Positions 12,823 to 25,953 of a DNA stretch of 64,000 nt are shown here, one piece after another. Each line of letters begins with the position of its first letter. The stretch's first letter is position 1. Origin of the DNA: Perna viridis (lineage: Eukaryota); NCBI GenBank assembly GCA_037379345.1, contig CM074523.1:18048551-18112550 (forward strand), given 5' to 3'. A program made the position numbers and the translations under genes. The notes under the pieces were generated by a model. That model did not search any database. It worked only from the letters and a program-made list of their open reading frames with translations, and was not told where the DNA came from.

Positions 12823-13199
12823 CCCATACCATAGATATTGTGTCTAGTGCATACACATCTACTGTAAGTGTTATCAGTACAGTTAGCTCCCATACCATAA
12901 ATATTATATCCTGTGCATACACATCTACTGTAAGTGTTATCAGTACAGTTAGCTCCCATACCATAAATATTATATCCTGTGCATACACATCTACTGTAAG
13001 TGTTATCAATACAGTTAGCTCCCATACCATAAATAATGTATCTGGTGCATACACATCTACTGTAAGTGTTATCAGTACAGTTAGCTCCCATACCATAAAT
13101 ATTGTATCTGGTGCATACACATCTACTGTAAGTGTTATCAGTACAGTTAGCTCCCATACCATAGATATTGTATCTGGTGCATACACATCTACTGTAAGT
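12823..13199 (+). repeat. 66-bp tandem repeat of the exon-8 3' end including its GTAAGT donor (~5.7 units here)
   Basis: Exact 66-bp period; GTAAGT at 12864, 12930, 12996, 13062, 13128 and 13194. Confidence 0.95.
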
Positions 13200-13239
13200 T
13201 TTATTATGTGTACATAAAAAATGCAATATTTGACACACA

Positions 13240-13470
13240 CCTGTTAATCTTTGGAACAGTTCATGTGGGAGATTCTCCCTAGTTACACTGTTGCTTGTGG
13301 GAGATTTTCACAAGTTTTTTATGTAAAAAGTTAATTTTTAGTATTTTTCACCAAAAATATATTAATTTGAGCCAATAACCTCTCACAAATTTTACATCTT
13401 TATGTAGAAGATTCTAATATTTCCATTAATTTCGTGGGAGTCTCCTGTCTAATGTCAGAAGGTTAACAGG
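13240..13470. mobile_element. Small MITE (GTGGGAGATTCTCC family)
   Basis: TIR CCTGTTAA../..TTAACAGG. Related copy at 20340-20668 contains a 36-bp tandem expansion; a fragment lies at ~21290-21378. Confidence 0.55.
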
Positions 13471-13868
13471 TATAGTTTGATATGTTTTTCATCTGTTTTT
13501 CTCATGATGAAGACAGATCTAAAAACGTATGAGAAATTCCAAACAATGATAAAATGGAGTTACTGTGATTTATTTCTTCACTTTGCTTGCAATTTATTTA
13601 AATTATACCAATCAAAATTAATATATGCCATACTTAGTATCACAACCTGTTGCAAATTTTTTATGCCACAATTTGTTTATTCTGTGATCTGAACTAGTTT
13701 AAAATTAATTTTATGCTATTTTTTTGTGAAATTTTGAGATGACTTGCTTTAAAGATTGTTTTCTGTCACAGAACAGCAACTTATGAAGATTGAGGAAAAA
13801 TGAATACTACTCATATACTTTTTTTAGTTTTAAATGTTTAACCATTTCCTTATAATGTTTATTTGCAG

Positions 13869-14204
13869 GTTTTGCCCTCAGTGAATGTCGATAAACTTCT
13901 CACTTCGACCACCAACATCGCTAAGGGAACCTCCATTGTCGTCATTGTTGATTTTTTCGTTGAACCAAATTCTGTTGATTCCTACTCTGTTGATATAACA
14001 TCCACTACAGGTGATTCAACAATCTGTGACTTTAACATCCTTTCTCAAGGGAGTAATCTCCCCTGTCAGGATTTAGAACAGACAGGTGGCACCACTGTTT
14101 ATACTTCAACAGATAATAACGTAACATTTTCGTCTGTGTCACATGACTTTGGGATGATCAGTAATATTGGGACATCAGCAAATATTATGGACATTGAAAA
14201 TAAG
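13869..14204 (+). CDS. + gene exon 9 (repeat 4)
   Basis: tgcag|VLPSVNV..QGSNLPC..DFGMISNIG..IENK|gtaaga; phase 0/0. Confidence 0.88.
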
Positions 14205-14415
14205 GTAAGACAAATATTGGTGAATAAAAGGAATTTCTTGTCAGAAAAACATGGTTAAAAATAAAAGTAAAAATATTTATTTTCACAGCGTACTAACTTT
14301 CACTATTTGTATGGTGGACAGAAAACCATGAAAAATAGTACTCACAAAATTGATTTTTAACACTATATATATCATTTTTAAGACAAAATCCACGATAAAT
14401 TAATACCTTAAGTGG

Positions 14416-14795
14416 TACAGTCCCTGAACAGATCTATGCAACAATTTGAAGGATTTATGACTGCTGAACGATTGTTTGGTGACAGATCAATAGCTGATGA
14501 CTGGTGACCGATCTGATCACAGTTTTGTTTTGTAAAATGATGAATGATCTGATAAAAATAAAACAATGCAAAATAGAAGTATTCATTGATGTTTAAATCT
14601 ACTGCATTATGGTTATATGTGTAAAATTGACAAATAAAACAATGGAATATGTAAAAATATATTGACCTCTCTGTGGTCATGTGATGCGATCATTGGTTTA
14701 ATGGATCAGTTGACAGATCGATGACTGATAGGAAACTGATCAGTGTTAGATGACCAATCGCAATGTATGTTGCACAGACTAGTTCAGGTACTGTA
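14416..14795. mobile_element. TA-flanked MITE with CAGT termini (Tc1/mariner-like)
   Basis: TA-CAGTCCCTGAAC...GTTCAGGTACTG-TA; inverted homologue at 30047-30428. Confidence 0.7.
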
Positions 14796-15725
14796 GTACT
14801 TAGGGGCAAGACTGTCTGAAACAGGTGCCTATGGTTATGGAGGGTTATATCAATGTCAGTTCTTCACTTTACCCAAAAAATTGTATTTAATGAAACATTT
14901 AAAGAATCTTCATTGCATGTAAATATTGAACACTTCCTACTTTGGTTTTTTTTTTTTTTGCTCAAATCAGTTTGGAGGTCAAAAGGTGGATGTTATCATT
15001 TGGAATAGTTGGGATATCTTAGTTTATTTACAAAGGTGTAAGGGCATTAGACTATGAAAGTTGCCTAAAAATATCAACTTTGCTGTTATATCTTAAAAAT
15101 TGTTCATTACTTATAGTAAGATATATATATATTATAATGAAAAAAAAAGATTTGTGACATCATCTTTAATGGTGCCACAATTATAACTTATTAAACAAAA
15201 ACTGCTGAGAATTGTAAATTTTGTTGCATTTTCTGACATTTTATTTACATATGATAAACTATGCAGCATAATAAATGTATTTGTATTCATTGAATATAAA
15301 TTTGTATCTTGGGTGTTTACACCATTTTCTTGGCAAAAATATGACTAAAAAGTGACCAAAAAATACAAAATTAATAGAATATCTGAATTTTGGTAAACTT
15401 CTATTATTTTGTTGTTATAAATGCAAAAATCTGAAGTTTTTATTATGTTTTTTTCATTTGTGATGGATTTAAGATAATAAATTCACAATTGAATCTTATT
15501 CAACACTTTATGATAGATTTGCAGTCATGTTTTAGACCAATGAGGGCATTTATAACCCCTTCTCCATATTCTCCTTTTTAATAATTCTGATTTATCTATT
15601 TTTTGTACCAATAGATAATTCCTAAATTTGAATAATAATATTTGTGTATTCGGAAATTTGTTGTATTTCCATAGTCATTATAGGTTACTCTAGCTGATTC
15701 TTTGGGATCCGTGTTTTATTTCCAG

Positions 15726-15869
15726 GTTTCTTTGGAAGTGGCCATCAAAGTCCCAATAGCATCAAAAGCTTCTACAATAGATGTCACAGCCAATGTCATC
15801 TCAGCCAATTTAGGAACAGCTACATCTTTACTGACCTTAAATGTTGTAAACTCTTTGATATCTGCTGAG
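15726..15869 (+). CDS. + gene exon 10 (repeat 4 end)
   Basis: tccag|VSLEVAIKVP..NSLISAE|gtataa; phase 0/0; not in ORF track. Confidence 0.8.
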
Positions 15870-16300
15870 GTATAATCGTTGTATATAATTTAAGGCCATT
15901 TAAAGTAATTTCTTGGTTTTCAGGACGTTTTCTGTGATATCTGCTGATGTATGATTGAATTGCACCATATAAGGCCATACAAAGTAATTTCTTATTTTTC
16001 AGGCCATGTTCTATAATATCTGCTGAGGTATAATTGAATTATACCATACGAGGCCATACAAAGTAATTTCTTGGTTTTCAGACCATTTTCTGTGATATCT
16101 GCTGATGTATGATGAAATTGTACCATACAAAGCCATACAAAGTAATTTCTTATTTTTCAGGCCATGTTCTGTAATATCTGCTGAGGTATAATTGAATTGT
16201 ACTATACAAGGCCATACAAAGTCATTCCTTAGTTTTCAGACCATTTTCTGTAATATATGCTGAGGTATAATTGAATTGTACCATATAAGGCCGTACAAAG
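15857..16300 (+). repeat. ~79-bp tandem repeat (about 6 units) starting in the exon-10 end and donor
   Basis: Unit (g/a)atatctgctga(g/t)gtat(a/g)attgaattgtaccata..ggccatacaaagtaatttctt..tttcag; alternating variants give a ~158-bp dimer. Confidence 0.92.
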
Positions 16301-17397
16301 TATTTTTTTTTTTTTTTTCAAGTCTTTTTTCACTGACCCTAAATATTTTCAATTCTCCAATAATTGCTGAGGTATCAGTAGTTGTGGGCGTGGCTTAGAT
16401 AGATCGATAGCTACAAAAGTGTTTTATTGACCCTAAAAACACCATGTCCAAAGCCAGTTAACCAAAGCATAAATGTGTTTTAATTATATGAGCAGTAAAT
16501 ATGATTATTTGAATACATGTATTAATGTTCCTATTGAGAACATTTACAATTGCCTCATGCTGCATGTGTGGTAATATCATCGGCTCTACCACAAGTGTGA
16601 GTAATTCTTACTGAAAAAGGTCTATTCAGAAAAACCAATACCTATAACTGTGTTGACATATTATTATACTGACTGGTAAGCAACAAGACAAAATTTAATA
16701 TTCATATACTCAACATTTTCAGGACTAAATGTAATGATATGACTTAAAGACTAGTGGATAATCTAAGTAATCGGAATGTTAAAGGTTGAAGGGAGATGGG
16801 TTGTTTATGCATGTTCTAGTTTCATTTTCTTTACCAGAATTTACAATGTAGAACGTATTGAAAATCAAAGACCAATCTGCATTGTTTACTTCCGGGTACT
16901 CGAAATGCTGTATAACAATGCAAATTCTTCTATTTTATGTTTTTTCTTACTACCTGTATCATGCAGGAATAGATATTTTTAATTTTTAATAGTATTTTTT
17001 ACACAAAATTTGTTTTGCCCTCAACTCTGGATTCAACGCTTTCTAAATGACAAGTCTCTATGCTTTTGAATGGTAGACTTGAGAAGCCAATCTCATGAAA
17101 TCACGAGGTCACATGACGAGACTTACATACCCTTTTGCATTTACCATGACAATAATTTCTGTTTAAACCAGGCCCTGAATAATCAGAAAACCTTTCTGAA
17201 CCATACACTTTTCAATGCCCCTGTATTTTCAACCTGGGTGTTTCCAACACCTGTCTAAAATAAACACTGTCTAAACCTTAAATTTATCATAAAAAAGTGG
17301 TTGGATTTTGATAGGGTTAAAAGTTTTTTGATAAAAATATTTCTGTATTAAAAAATTACAGAAAAAAAAATCATTAAATACTTTGATTTTTTTATAG

Positions 17398-17710
17398 ACT
17401 GATATCAGTGTAACCCTGAATAGTGTACCTCCAGAGCCACTTCCCGTAATACGGCACATCGCTGACTATGTCTCATGGAGTGTTCAGTTGGTCATGCCAA
17501 TAACCTCTGACAGATATACACTCATGGCTACTGCACCATTCTCTGCCAATGAAGCGCATCTGACAGTCATATCAGCTGAATATACCTATATTGGTATGGA
17601 TCTTAGCTGTAAGGATGATATTGCTATATTGTCTGAGGCAAAGTCGAGTGATGTATCTAATCAACAGTTGACCACTATAACCATAGATCTGGGATTCATA
17701 TCTTATTTAG
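17398..17710 (+). CDS. + gene exon 11 (repeat 5)
   Basis: tatag|TDISVTLNS..IGMDLSC..IDLGFISYL-G|gtatat; phase 0/1. Confidence 0.85.
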
Positions 17711-18003
17711 GTATATTATTGTTAGTTTCTGAATGTTTTATTTATTTGTGTCACACTCAACTTTGTGAATGAAAATATCAGGTTTTTTTTAATATCTGAT
17801 GTGAATTTTTTTTGCAAATTCTTAAGCTGTGTGATAAGTTATATTTGTGCATGTTATTCTGCAGTGGTTAATAAATTAAATCTTATTTTAAATTCTGTTA
17901 GATTCACATCAATGAAAAACTCTTGATAGTACATATCTTTGAATATTTTTCTTCAATTCTTGTATCCATTTTCTTTTGAACTATCATGTGTTTTTTTCTC
18001 AAG

Positions 18004-18241
18004 GATTTTATAATTCAACCAATGGGAACACTGTAGAGGTAGAGTTCGTTTTTAAGGTTACTGACCATCCAGCTCATGTAGGAACAACCATTCAGACCTT
18101 GACCTTTGACCTGACCAGTGATGGTGGAGCAACAGCGACAACAACAGGGGATGTTACAGTTGAGTTACTAGGGTCGGAGGTCACAGAGATGGTTTTGGAC
18201 ACTTGGTGTGAAGACACTTTTGTTAACAAGAAAAATGCAGG
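18004..18241 (+). CDS. + gene exon 12
   Basis: ctcaag|(G)FYNSTNGNTVEVEFVFKV..KKNA-GG|gtttgt; phase 1/2. Confidence 0.8.
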
Positions 18242-19058
18242 GTTTGTATTTAAAACAAGTTTTCATCTAAATTTATGAAAATAAAGTACTTTTTAAGGGT
18301 TAAATTCTTATATTTTAAAAAAAATTATAAAGTGTACAGACTTTCTTCATTGTTGAGGACAAATCAGCCGTCACATTTTACATTAATGCAGTACCCTAAA
18401 ATCAACCTGACTATCTCTACAGTACAAGTGCAACTGAAATCAAGAGTTATCATGGTTGCAGCAAAAGTCAAAGCTTACGATTATAGGGAGACAGATTAAG
18501 GAAAGAATTCTGTGGGCAATACACACTACATTGATACCCCCACTCACCCATTCAATAAAATGCACTTTTTGGCTTTCATACTGTGCAAGTTTCATGAAAT
18601 TAGGAAGAGTAAGGGATAGGTACCCTTCTGTGTAAAGGAAGGTAGGATTAGTACATCTAGAAGGGAGGAAGTATGGATGAAAGAAAGGACAAACTGGCAC
18701 CCCTATCACTATTAACCCCCAAACTTTGCAAGTAGGGGCAGGGTATTTAAAATGAAGAAGAGTGTGCTGAAGCCTAATATAAAATACTTAGAAAATTAAA
18801 ATAACTTGAGACTCCTTATATAATTGGAATCAACAACTAGGTTCATTCATCTGGCTCATTACTAGGTAGTTCAGGGGTTTGCGACAAACCCTCCTCACGA
18901 TATCCCCTTCTCTAATTTTGCCTATTTAATCCTCTCCAAACTCTCTTAAAAATATTTAGCTGACTGGCCTAGTCATCTATTGGGTAAATGTCCTCTGGTA
19001 TCTACATGCTTTAGTTACATGTTCCTGAGTTGTTATGTATATATTGTATTTTTCCCAG

Positions 19059-19230
19059 GGACACAATCACTGTGTATGGAGAAGCCTATCTTCTGAATAC
19101 GTCCACTGCCCATGCTGCTGATGTAAAGTTTGCTTACCTCCTGCCATCTTATGTAGCATATGTCACTTTACTGACCTACACACATGTTCAGCCAACTGTG
19201 ACTGTGGAAGCTAAGGGAGTAACTATTTTG
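19059..19230 (+). CDS. + gene exon 13 (DUF11-like Ig module, N-half)
   Basis: cccag|(G)DTITVYGEAYLLNTSTAHAADVKFAYLLPSYVAYV..GVTIL|gtaaga; phase 2/0. Confidence 0.83.
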
Positions 19231-20034
19231 GTAAGAAATATTCAGGGAGAATTCTGTTTATTTATGCTATTTTGAATTCTTTTATTTTTTGTTTTTAAAT
19301 CTGCTATATTTGACATTATGAAAAAAAATGAAAAACTTACAAGATATTTTGATATTCTGTTTGTCCATTTGCCATTTGTGAAAACTAAATTGAAGAGCAG
19401 TTGACTGAAGAGAAGTATTTCAATATTTTTTCTCAAAGCTATTGCACTCATGATTTTTTGACTGTGTTTAAAATCACATGGTTGACAGAAAATCAAAATT
19501 TAATATCCTAGATCAGAAAAATGCATGGAATTCTCATTCGTGACTTATTCACCAAATATTTTAAATTTAAGTACAGGTTAATCATAAAATCATGCTACTG
19601 ATAAATAAGGTGATAGGTCAAAAATCGTAGTCAATTTTCTAAATGATGTAAAATCTGCAAGAAGGTTATTTGTTGAAAAATATCAATAACAGATATTGCT
19701 ACATCTGACTTGTAATCAAAATGTCAAGCATGCAAAATCACAAAATATGGATGTTTGTCAGAAATGCATTGTTTAAATGGGAAATATTAAATATGAAATA
19801 TTATAATTGAAAATATTATTTGCCATTTCTGTTACCGCATATCATACTTACCAAATCTTTCTTTTGGTTTTCCAAATACTATTTGGACATAATCATATTA
19901 CTTTCTGCATGATAGCTATGTGAACTTGTGCTTAAACAATATTATGTGGGGGTTAAATAGAGGAAAGGGAATAATGATAGATTTGTATAAAGGTGCCTTT
20001 TCCAAATATTTTAACTGAATTTGTTTCATTACAG

Positions 20035-20245
20035 TTTCCAGTCATTACTTTTGAAGACCATGTCAATTTTACGTTCAATGTTGAACTAGATCCTTCTGGA
20101 CATTTTGAACCCGGCATAGAAGACATTCACACAGTTATACCAGTAGATGTGACATACATGTCACTCCAGAAGGCAGGCCGTACAGATACAGCTGTTCATT
20201 ACTTCCCTGAACCTTTTATACTGGAGGTCACATTTGATGTCCCTA
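20035..20245 (+). CDS. + gene exon 14
   Basis: tacag|FPVITFEDHVNFTFNVELD..FDVP|gtaagt; phase 0/1. Confidence 0.85.
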
Positions 20246-20733
20246 GTAAGTAAACAATACCTAAATTAGCTTATTGTTTAATGAGAATGGATATGGTGGA
20301 TATGAAAAAGAGACAGCAACCTCACTGGGATGAAACATACCTATTAACCTTTGGAAGAGTTCCTGTAGGAGATTCTCCTCCATTGACAATATTGTCTCAT
20401 GTGGGGGATTCTCCTACATTGACAATATTGTCTCATGTGGGGGATTCTCCTGCATTGACAATATTGTCTCATGTGGGAGATTCACATCCATTGACAATAT
20501 TGTCTTATGTGGGAGATTGTTACGTAAAAGCAGTTTTTCGACGTGAAGAAGTTTTTTTTATTATATGGATTTTAACAAAAAAAACACAAATTTTCCATTT
20601 TATTTGGGAGATTCTAAATTTTTCATTGATTTTGTTGGAGTCTCCCCTGATGTGGAAGGGTTTACATGTATGGTCTATACTTAAGGCATAAAATCAGTTA
20701 AAAGTAAATAGGGAAGCAAATACTACACAGAAA

Positions 20734-21146
20734 TTAAGTAGTCGTCTTTGTAAGAATCATGCAAAATCTGAAAAATGTGATACACCCCAAAAAAGGCTAC
20801 ATATTTTTATTTTTGTAATTAAGTTGTTTTATGGGTCTATACTATGAAATGTGTAATTAGTGTAATTATTCATTCAAATCTGCCTGCTCTTAGGAGATAA
20901 TCGACATTGAAAATACAGTAGATTCTATTGTATTTGAGAGCCATTTACAGAGTTATCTCCCTTAATTTTGAACTCTACAGTGCATTCTATATAATTTTTG
21001 TCTCCTAAGAGCACGGGTTATATTAAAAACCACATGTTAATTTCTGTTTACTATGACATTTTAAACAAAATATCAAAAATAAAAATATGTAGGCTTTTTA
21101 CCCATGAATCACATTTTGCATGATCCTTAGCTGGAGTGCTACTTAA
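20734..21146. mobile_element. ~400-bp TTAA-flanked MITE (GTAG..CTAC family), copy 1
   Basis: TTAA-GTAG..TAAGAATCATGCAAAAT / ATTTTGCATGAT..CTAC-TTAA; at least 7 copies in the window. Confidence 0.8.
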
Positions 21147-21998
21147 TAACAGGCAAAAACTATATATAATATATGAAACTAAAAGAGAAAAACTCAAAAC
21201 TAGATATATTTCCAATTATGGAGCATAGGTTAGGTGCATAGTTAACATACATCTCCTGAAATATATAATGTTTCCATTCATGTGCACACAAATCACAAAT
21301 CTTACATTTTTATGTCGCAGATTCTTAATTTTTCATTGATTTTTTTGGAGTTGCCCCCTGATGTGGCAGGGTTAACAATGTATGGCTTATACTCGAGACA
21401 AAAAATCACAAATCACAAGATGAATTTAGAATCCATATATTATTTACGTATTTTACAAAAAAAAGAGATAGGTCGCATGACCTTACACATATGGTAAGTG
21501 TCAATTTTTTAGATGTATTAATTTCACTCTTTTCTCATCTCAACAGACAACTGCGAAAAAAAGTACCTCCAAATTTGCATGATTTGAATTTTAACACTTT
21601 ATAATGCTAATCATATTTTGAAACTGCGAAAATTTGATACCCATGAATATGTTCACTTGACAGAATCCTCGAAAATTAACAACTACCAAAATGTTTACAG
21701 TATTTCTGTATTGAGGAATACACACATGATGCAGAGGAATTTTGCATACACTTTACACATGACATTGGAAACCTGAACACAATATTCATGAATGTATTTC
21801 AGAATTTTTGCACACACTTGACACAAAGCATGAACAGAATTTGCCAAATTTTGGATGTATTTCAGAATTTGTATAACTACTTTGATACAATGTCTATGGA
21901 AGTACTTTCTAGTTACAGAACATTTTGAAAAAAAGAATTAATCTTTATTATTTGTCTGAAATATTACAATATTTATATGAACACATTTTATCTTGTAG

Positions 21999-22156
21999 AT
22001 GCATTCGTATCAGTGACGTCCCAGCTGCAGGCATGCCAGTTTGTTAGTTCATCAGAAGAAACACCTAATGCTGCCAGTACAGCCGTCTCTACATCTAACC
22101 TGGGCTGGAAACCTAGTATCAGAGGCTCCCCATTCTGTGGACAGGAATACCTACAA
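21999..22156 (+). CDS. + gene exon 15 (start of F5/8 type C-like domain)
   Basis: tgtag|..QLQACQFVSSS..LGWKPS..QEYLQ|gtaaga; phase 1/0. Confidence 0.82.
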
Positions 22157-23895
22157 GTAAGAATCAATAACAAAAATAGTTTTGACATAGAACAATTTTT
22201 AAGTCAATTATTGTATTACCTTATCGATGATGGACAAAGGGGTAAATTCACTAACAGTAGTTTCAGGCCTACTAATTTGCCAAAGTTTCAACTTACTATT
22301 TGAAAGTTTCCATTTGCCTATTTTAAAGCTAAAGTACTAATACACAGAAAATACCAAACTGTTTTATAATTTAGTCAAAAGGAGGGCACAAAACTCCACT
22401 TCTACACAGTTTTGAAAGGATTTTCACAAAAATGAGAGCATTCAGGGTCGGTTTTTTTTTTTTAATCCAAAAATATAGAGCACAAGCTATGACCATGGAA
22501 ATCTTTTGTCAGGATTTGTGGTGGTACAGAAGGCTGTTTTTGTATAAAAAACCACAGAGTTCGACAAATGCGCTCTATATTTTCTACATAAAAATGTCTC
22601 ATGAAATAAGCTATTTTTACACAATTCTGCTAAATTTTCTTATTTGGCTTTGTTTTCTTCTACAATTTTAAAGCAACACATATCTGAACAGCAATGAAAC
22701 TTTGTTTTTAAAGAAGGCGCATATTCAATGAGTTAGTTAAGCAATTTTCAAATTTATTTGAAACTCTTAAGTTTTTGGGGCTGATTTTGATACTTTCTGA
22801 ACCTACTCCTTGGGTTTTATGCTGCCTGGATGTCCCAAAACATCTTTTGAAAATAAAATATGTTGTATGGAGTTTTGATAATTGTCTTTTGTTCAAATAT
22901 TTGTCTTAAAAGGTGGAATCATTATTTTTTTTGTTTTAGTTGTTTTCAATGAGGCTTTAAATGTAAAAAAAAGTTTGCAGTGCAATATTATGTGGTTTTT
23001 TTTAATCCCTAGGCAAAAATTTTTAATTGTATACAACTTTTTATGACCTATCAATAATCAGTGAGTGAGCTAAATTGTTTAACCTGACTAGAATAATTAT
23101 GAACATGAAACTCAGTTTAATAACTATTATTGTTGTGCAAAATGCAAACCATGAAAAGTTTTAGAATTTTTATTTCCAGGAGTCTCTGATATTCAAAGAT
23201 GATTTTTTTAATCACTTTAAGGTGGATCTTTGTTAAATTTTGTCTATCATTTATTCAAAGAGATGATGTTGTATGAACATACTTATAAATATCTCAAATT
23301 TAGATTAGTAGTGAAAAGGGTATGATTCCACCCTAAAAATTCAAATTTGTATGGAAATTAAATAATAATTAGTAAAATGTGTACTTACTTACTTAGCCAA
23401 TAAAACCTTACAGTTTAAACATGCATTACTTGGAATAGAGCTAAAATGTGTAAGTTTTTGGAAATGTAGGAAAACTCTTGATTTCAATACAGTTTTCTTT
23501 GCTTCAACAACTTGAATATTCCAACTAAAGAAGCCTTCTGTATCATGAAGTAAACTTTAGAAAAACAATATTTAATCAGTTGTAACATGTGACCAGGTGT
23601 CAGGATTGAAGAACCACCTGCAATTCTCTTAATTTTGTGTCATTGTTTTGATGCACAAACAAAAATAGGCAACTCTGTTTTAGTCATCTTTTAAACACAA
23701 AAAGAAGTCAATTAGCCTTTTTTTGTACAGAGTAAGCTAAAATTTCCAGTTCAAAACAGAGCTGTTAACTGATATTAACATATACCCCTTCGAATATTAT
23801 GGTTTAGGTTCTATTTTCATTGTTTACTTTCACTTTTGATTTAACCGAGTTGTTCCCCACAAAGCAAGTTATTCATTAATTTTTCTCCATTATAG

Positions 23896-24048
23896 CTCAA
23901 TCTTGGAAATGTGTGGCAGATAGTTGGCTTTTCAATCTATTCCCATGGTAGCAGCAATTTGGACTACATCACTACGTTTGTAGTGCAGTACAGCAATACA
24001 GGGCATGACTGGACCTCACTGATGGACAATGTCACCAATACAGAAAAG
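23896..24048 (+). CDS. + gene exon 16 (F5/8 type C-like core)
   Basis: tatag|LNLGNVWQIVGFSIY..YITTFVVQYSNTGHDWT..EK|gtaatg; matches the discoidin pattern LQ(V)DLG..V(T)G..YV(T)SF..YS.DG..W. Confidence 0.88.
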
Positions 24049-24532
24049 GTAATGTGTCCCTCCATGAACATGGTCGGTCTGGTTGTCCGTTTGTCTATAA
24101 CTTTTACCCTTGCTCCTAAGCCCAGATTTTGTTCTGTTCAGAGACAAGGATATTCCTATTACTGTTACCTGATATTCTTTACTTATAAAAAAAAAATTGC
24201 AGATTAACTTGATACAGTGATTACTGTATACCAACTAATTTTCTTGCTCAATTTATTTTCACAAGGACCGAAAAATCGTGGAAATATATTGTCATAAATA
24301 ATTTCTATTTGATGAAAATTAAATTTAAATGTGAACCCAATTTGTGTGTTCTAGAACCTGCTTATACCCATGGATTTCACCTTTTGATACTCTCCTTTGT
24401 TGAAATAGTGTTGTTTTCATTTTATCTACTTCCTGGTTGTTCCTCATAAAGTCATCCATGCTTTTAGAATTCCTTGTAAAATCTCAAAGTGAAGAAAAGA
24501 AAACACATCAATTTTTTTTTTTTTTTTTACAG

Positions 24533-24719
24533 ATTTTCACAGTTTCTTTTGATAATGGTGTAAAGCAGGTCAATGATGGATTCAATGTCACCCTGATGGA
24601 ACATGAGTTCTTCAGAAAACGTTATATCAGAATTATCCCTAAGACAGCCTTAATCAATGACTGCCTCCCTGGGATCAGACTTGATGTATTTGGAATAAAG
24701 AAAAGCAATGACTATGCAG
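24533..24719 (+). CDS. + gene exon 17 (end of F5/8 type C-like domain)
   Basis: tacag|IFTVSF..RYIRIIP..GIRLDVFG..DYA-G|gtaatg; phase 0/1. Confidence 0.88.
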
Positions 24720-24888
24720 GTAATGTTGTCCACAGCTCTTGGCAAAAGCAGAAAGATGAAGGGAGATAACTCAGCTTTAGATTGTCACATTTCATTCCAC
24801 TTGAAACAGGAGCTATTACTCGTTAACATTTTCAGCAATGCCTTCTGATTATTATGATTCTGTGCATTATCGGTTTCTTGGAAAATGA

Positions 24889-25279
24889 GTAGTACTCCAG
24901 CTAAGAATCATGCAAATTCTTTATGTCATACACCCTTAAAAAGGCTACACATTTTTATTTTGTTTTTAACTTGATTTATAGGTCTATATATTGAAATGTG
25001 TAATCATTCATTACAATCTGTCTGCTCTTAGGAGGTAATTCACATTGAAAATCAAATGGTTTCTACTGTATTTTAATGTCATTTAGAGAGTTATCTCCCT
25101 TTAGTTTGAACTGTATAATACATTCTGTATAAATTATATCTCTTATAAACAGGGGATATATGAAGACCCACATGTTGATTTCTGTTTACTATAACATTTT
25201 AAAATATTAAAAATGAAAATATGTAGGCTTTCGAACCATAAATCATGTCTTCATGATTCTTAGCTGGACTACTACTTAA
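24889..25279. mobile_element. GTAG..CTAC MITE copy
   Basis: Homologous to 20734-21146. Confidence 0.78.
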
Positions 25280-25953
25280 GTTTATGTTTATTAGAACAAC
25301 TTTCAGTTCCAACATGTAATTTATATTATCCAGAATGGCTTTAAGTGATATCAATGCTCAGAATTCATATTGACCATCAAAGAGCTCTCCTGGTAATTCA
25401 TTTCAAGATTTAGGCAAACAATCCATGAACTTAAAACATGTTACAATTTACTGCTATTGTTTTTTTTGTTTTTTTTTTCAAAACTAAAACTCTTTTTTGA
25501 AGAATTGTAATATTATTCAATTAGTAGGTATATATGTTGAATTCTGGTAAATTATAGAAACCTCTCATTTTTTTTCACTTCTTGACAGAACATTAACAAA
25601 TGATTAACACAGCTCAGTGGAAGCTTCAAGTCTATGACTCATGATTTTAATGAAATCCATATATGCAATGGAATTTTGATTACATACAATGGAGGAGAAG
25701 TTTCTTTAGAGCTATTCCATTAAAAAGTGTGTCCTGGGGGTAGAAAGCCCATGATATTTAGGGGTACCACCAGCACATGTACATTACTACTAAGATTCAA
25801 TACATTTGTCTGATAAATAAAATTCAAAATTTCACCCCTCCCCCACCACATTAGTAAATCAACTGTGTTCTGACCCCACAGACTTGGATTAGCCCTTTGA
25901 TTTTGAGATAATGTACTTTTCAGTAAAAAGCATAGATTTCTTATTTCACCCAG

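Noticed and set aside
12771-13240. Minus-strand Cys-rich repeat ORFs
   Set aside because: Antisense readings of the 66-bp exon-derived repeat.
15857-16300. CRISPR-like regular arrays (also 12823-13199 and 9086-9180)
   Set aside because: No unique spacers, no cas genes and a eukaryotic intron context; these are plain tandem repeats.
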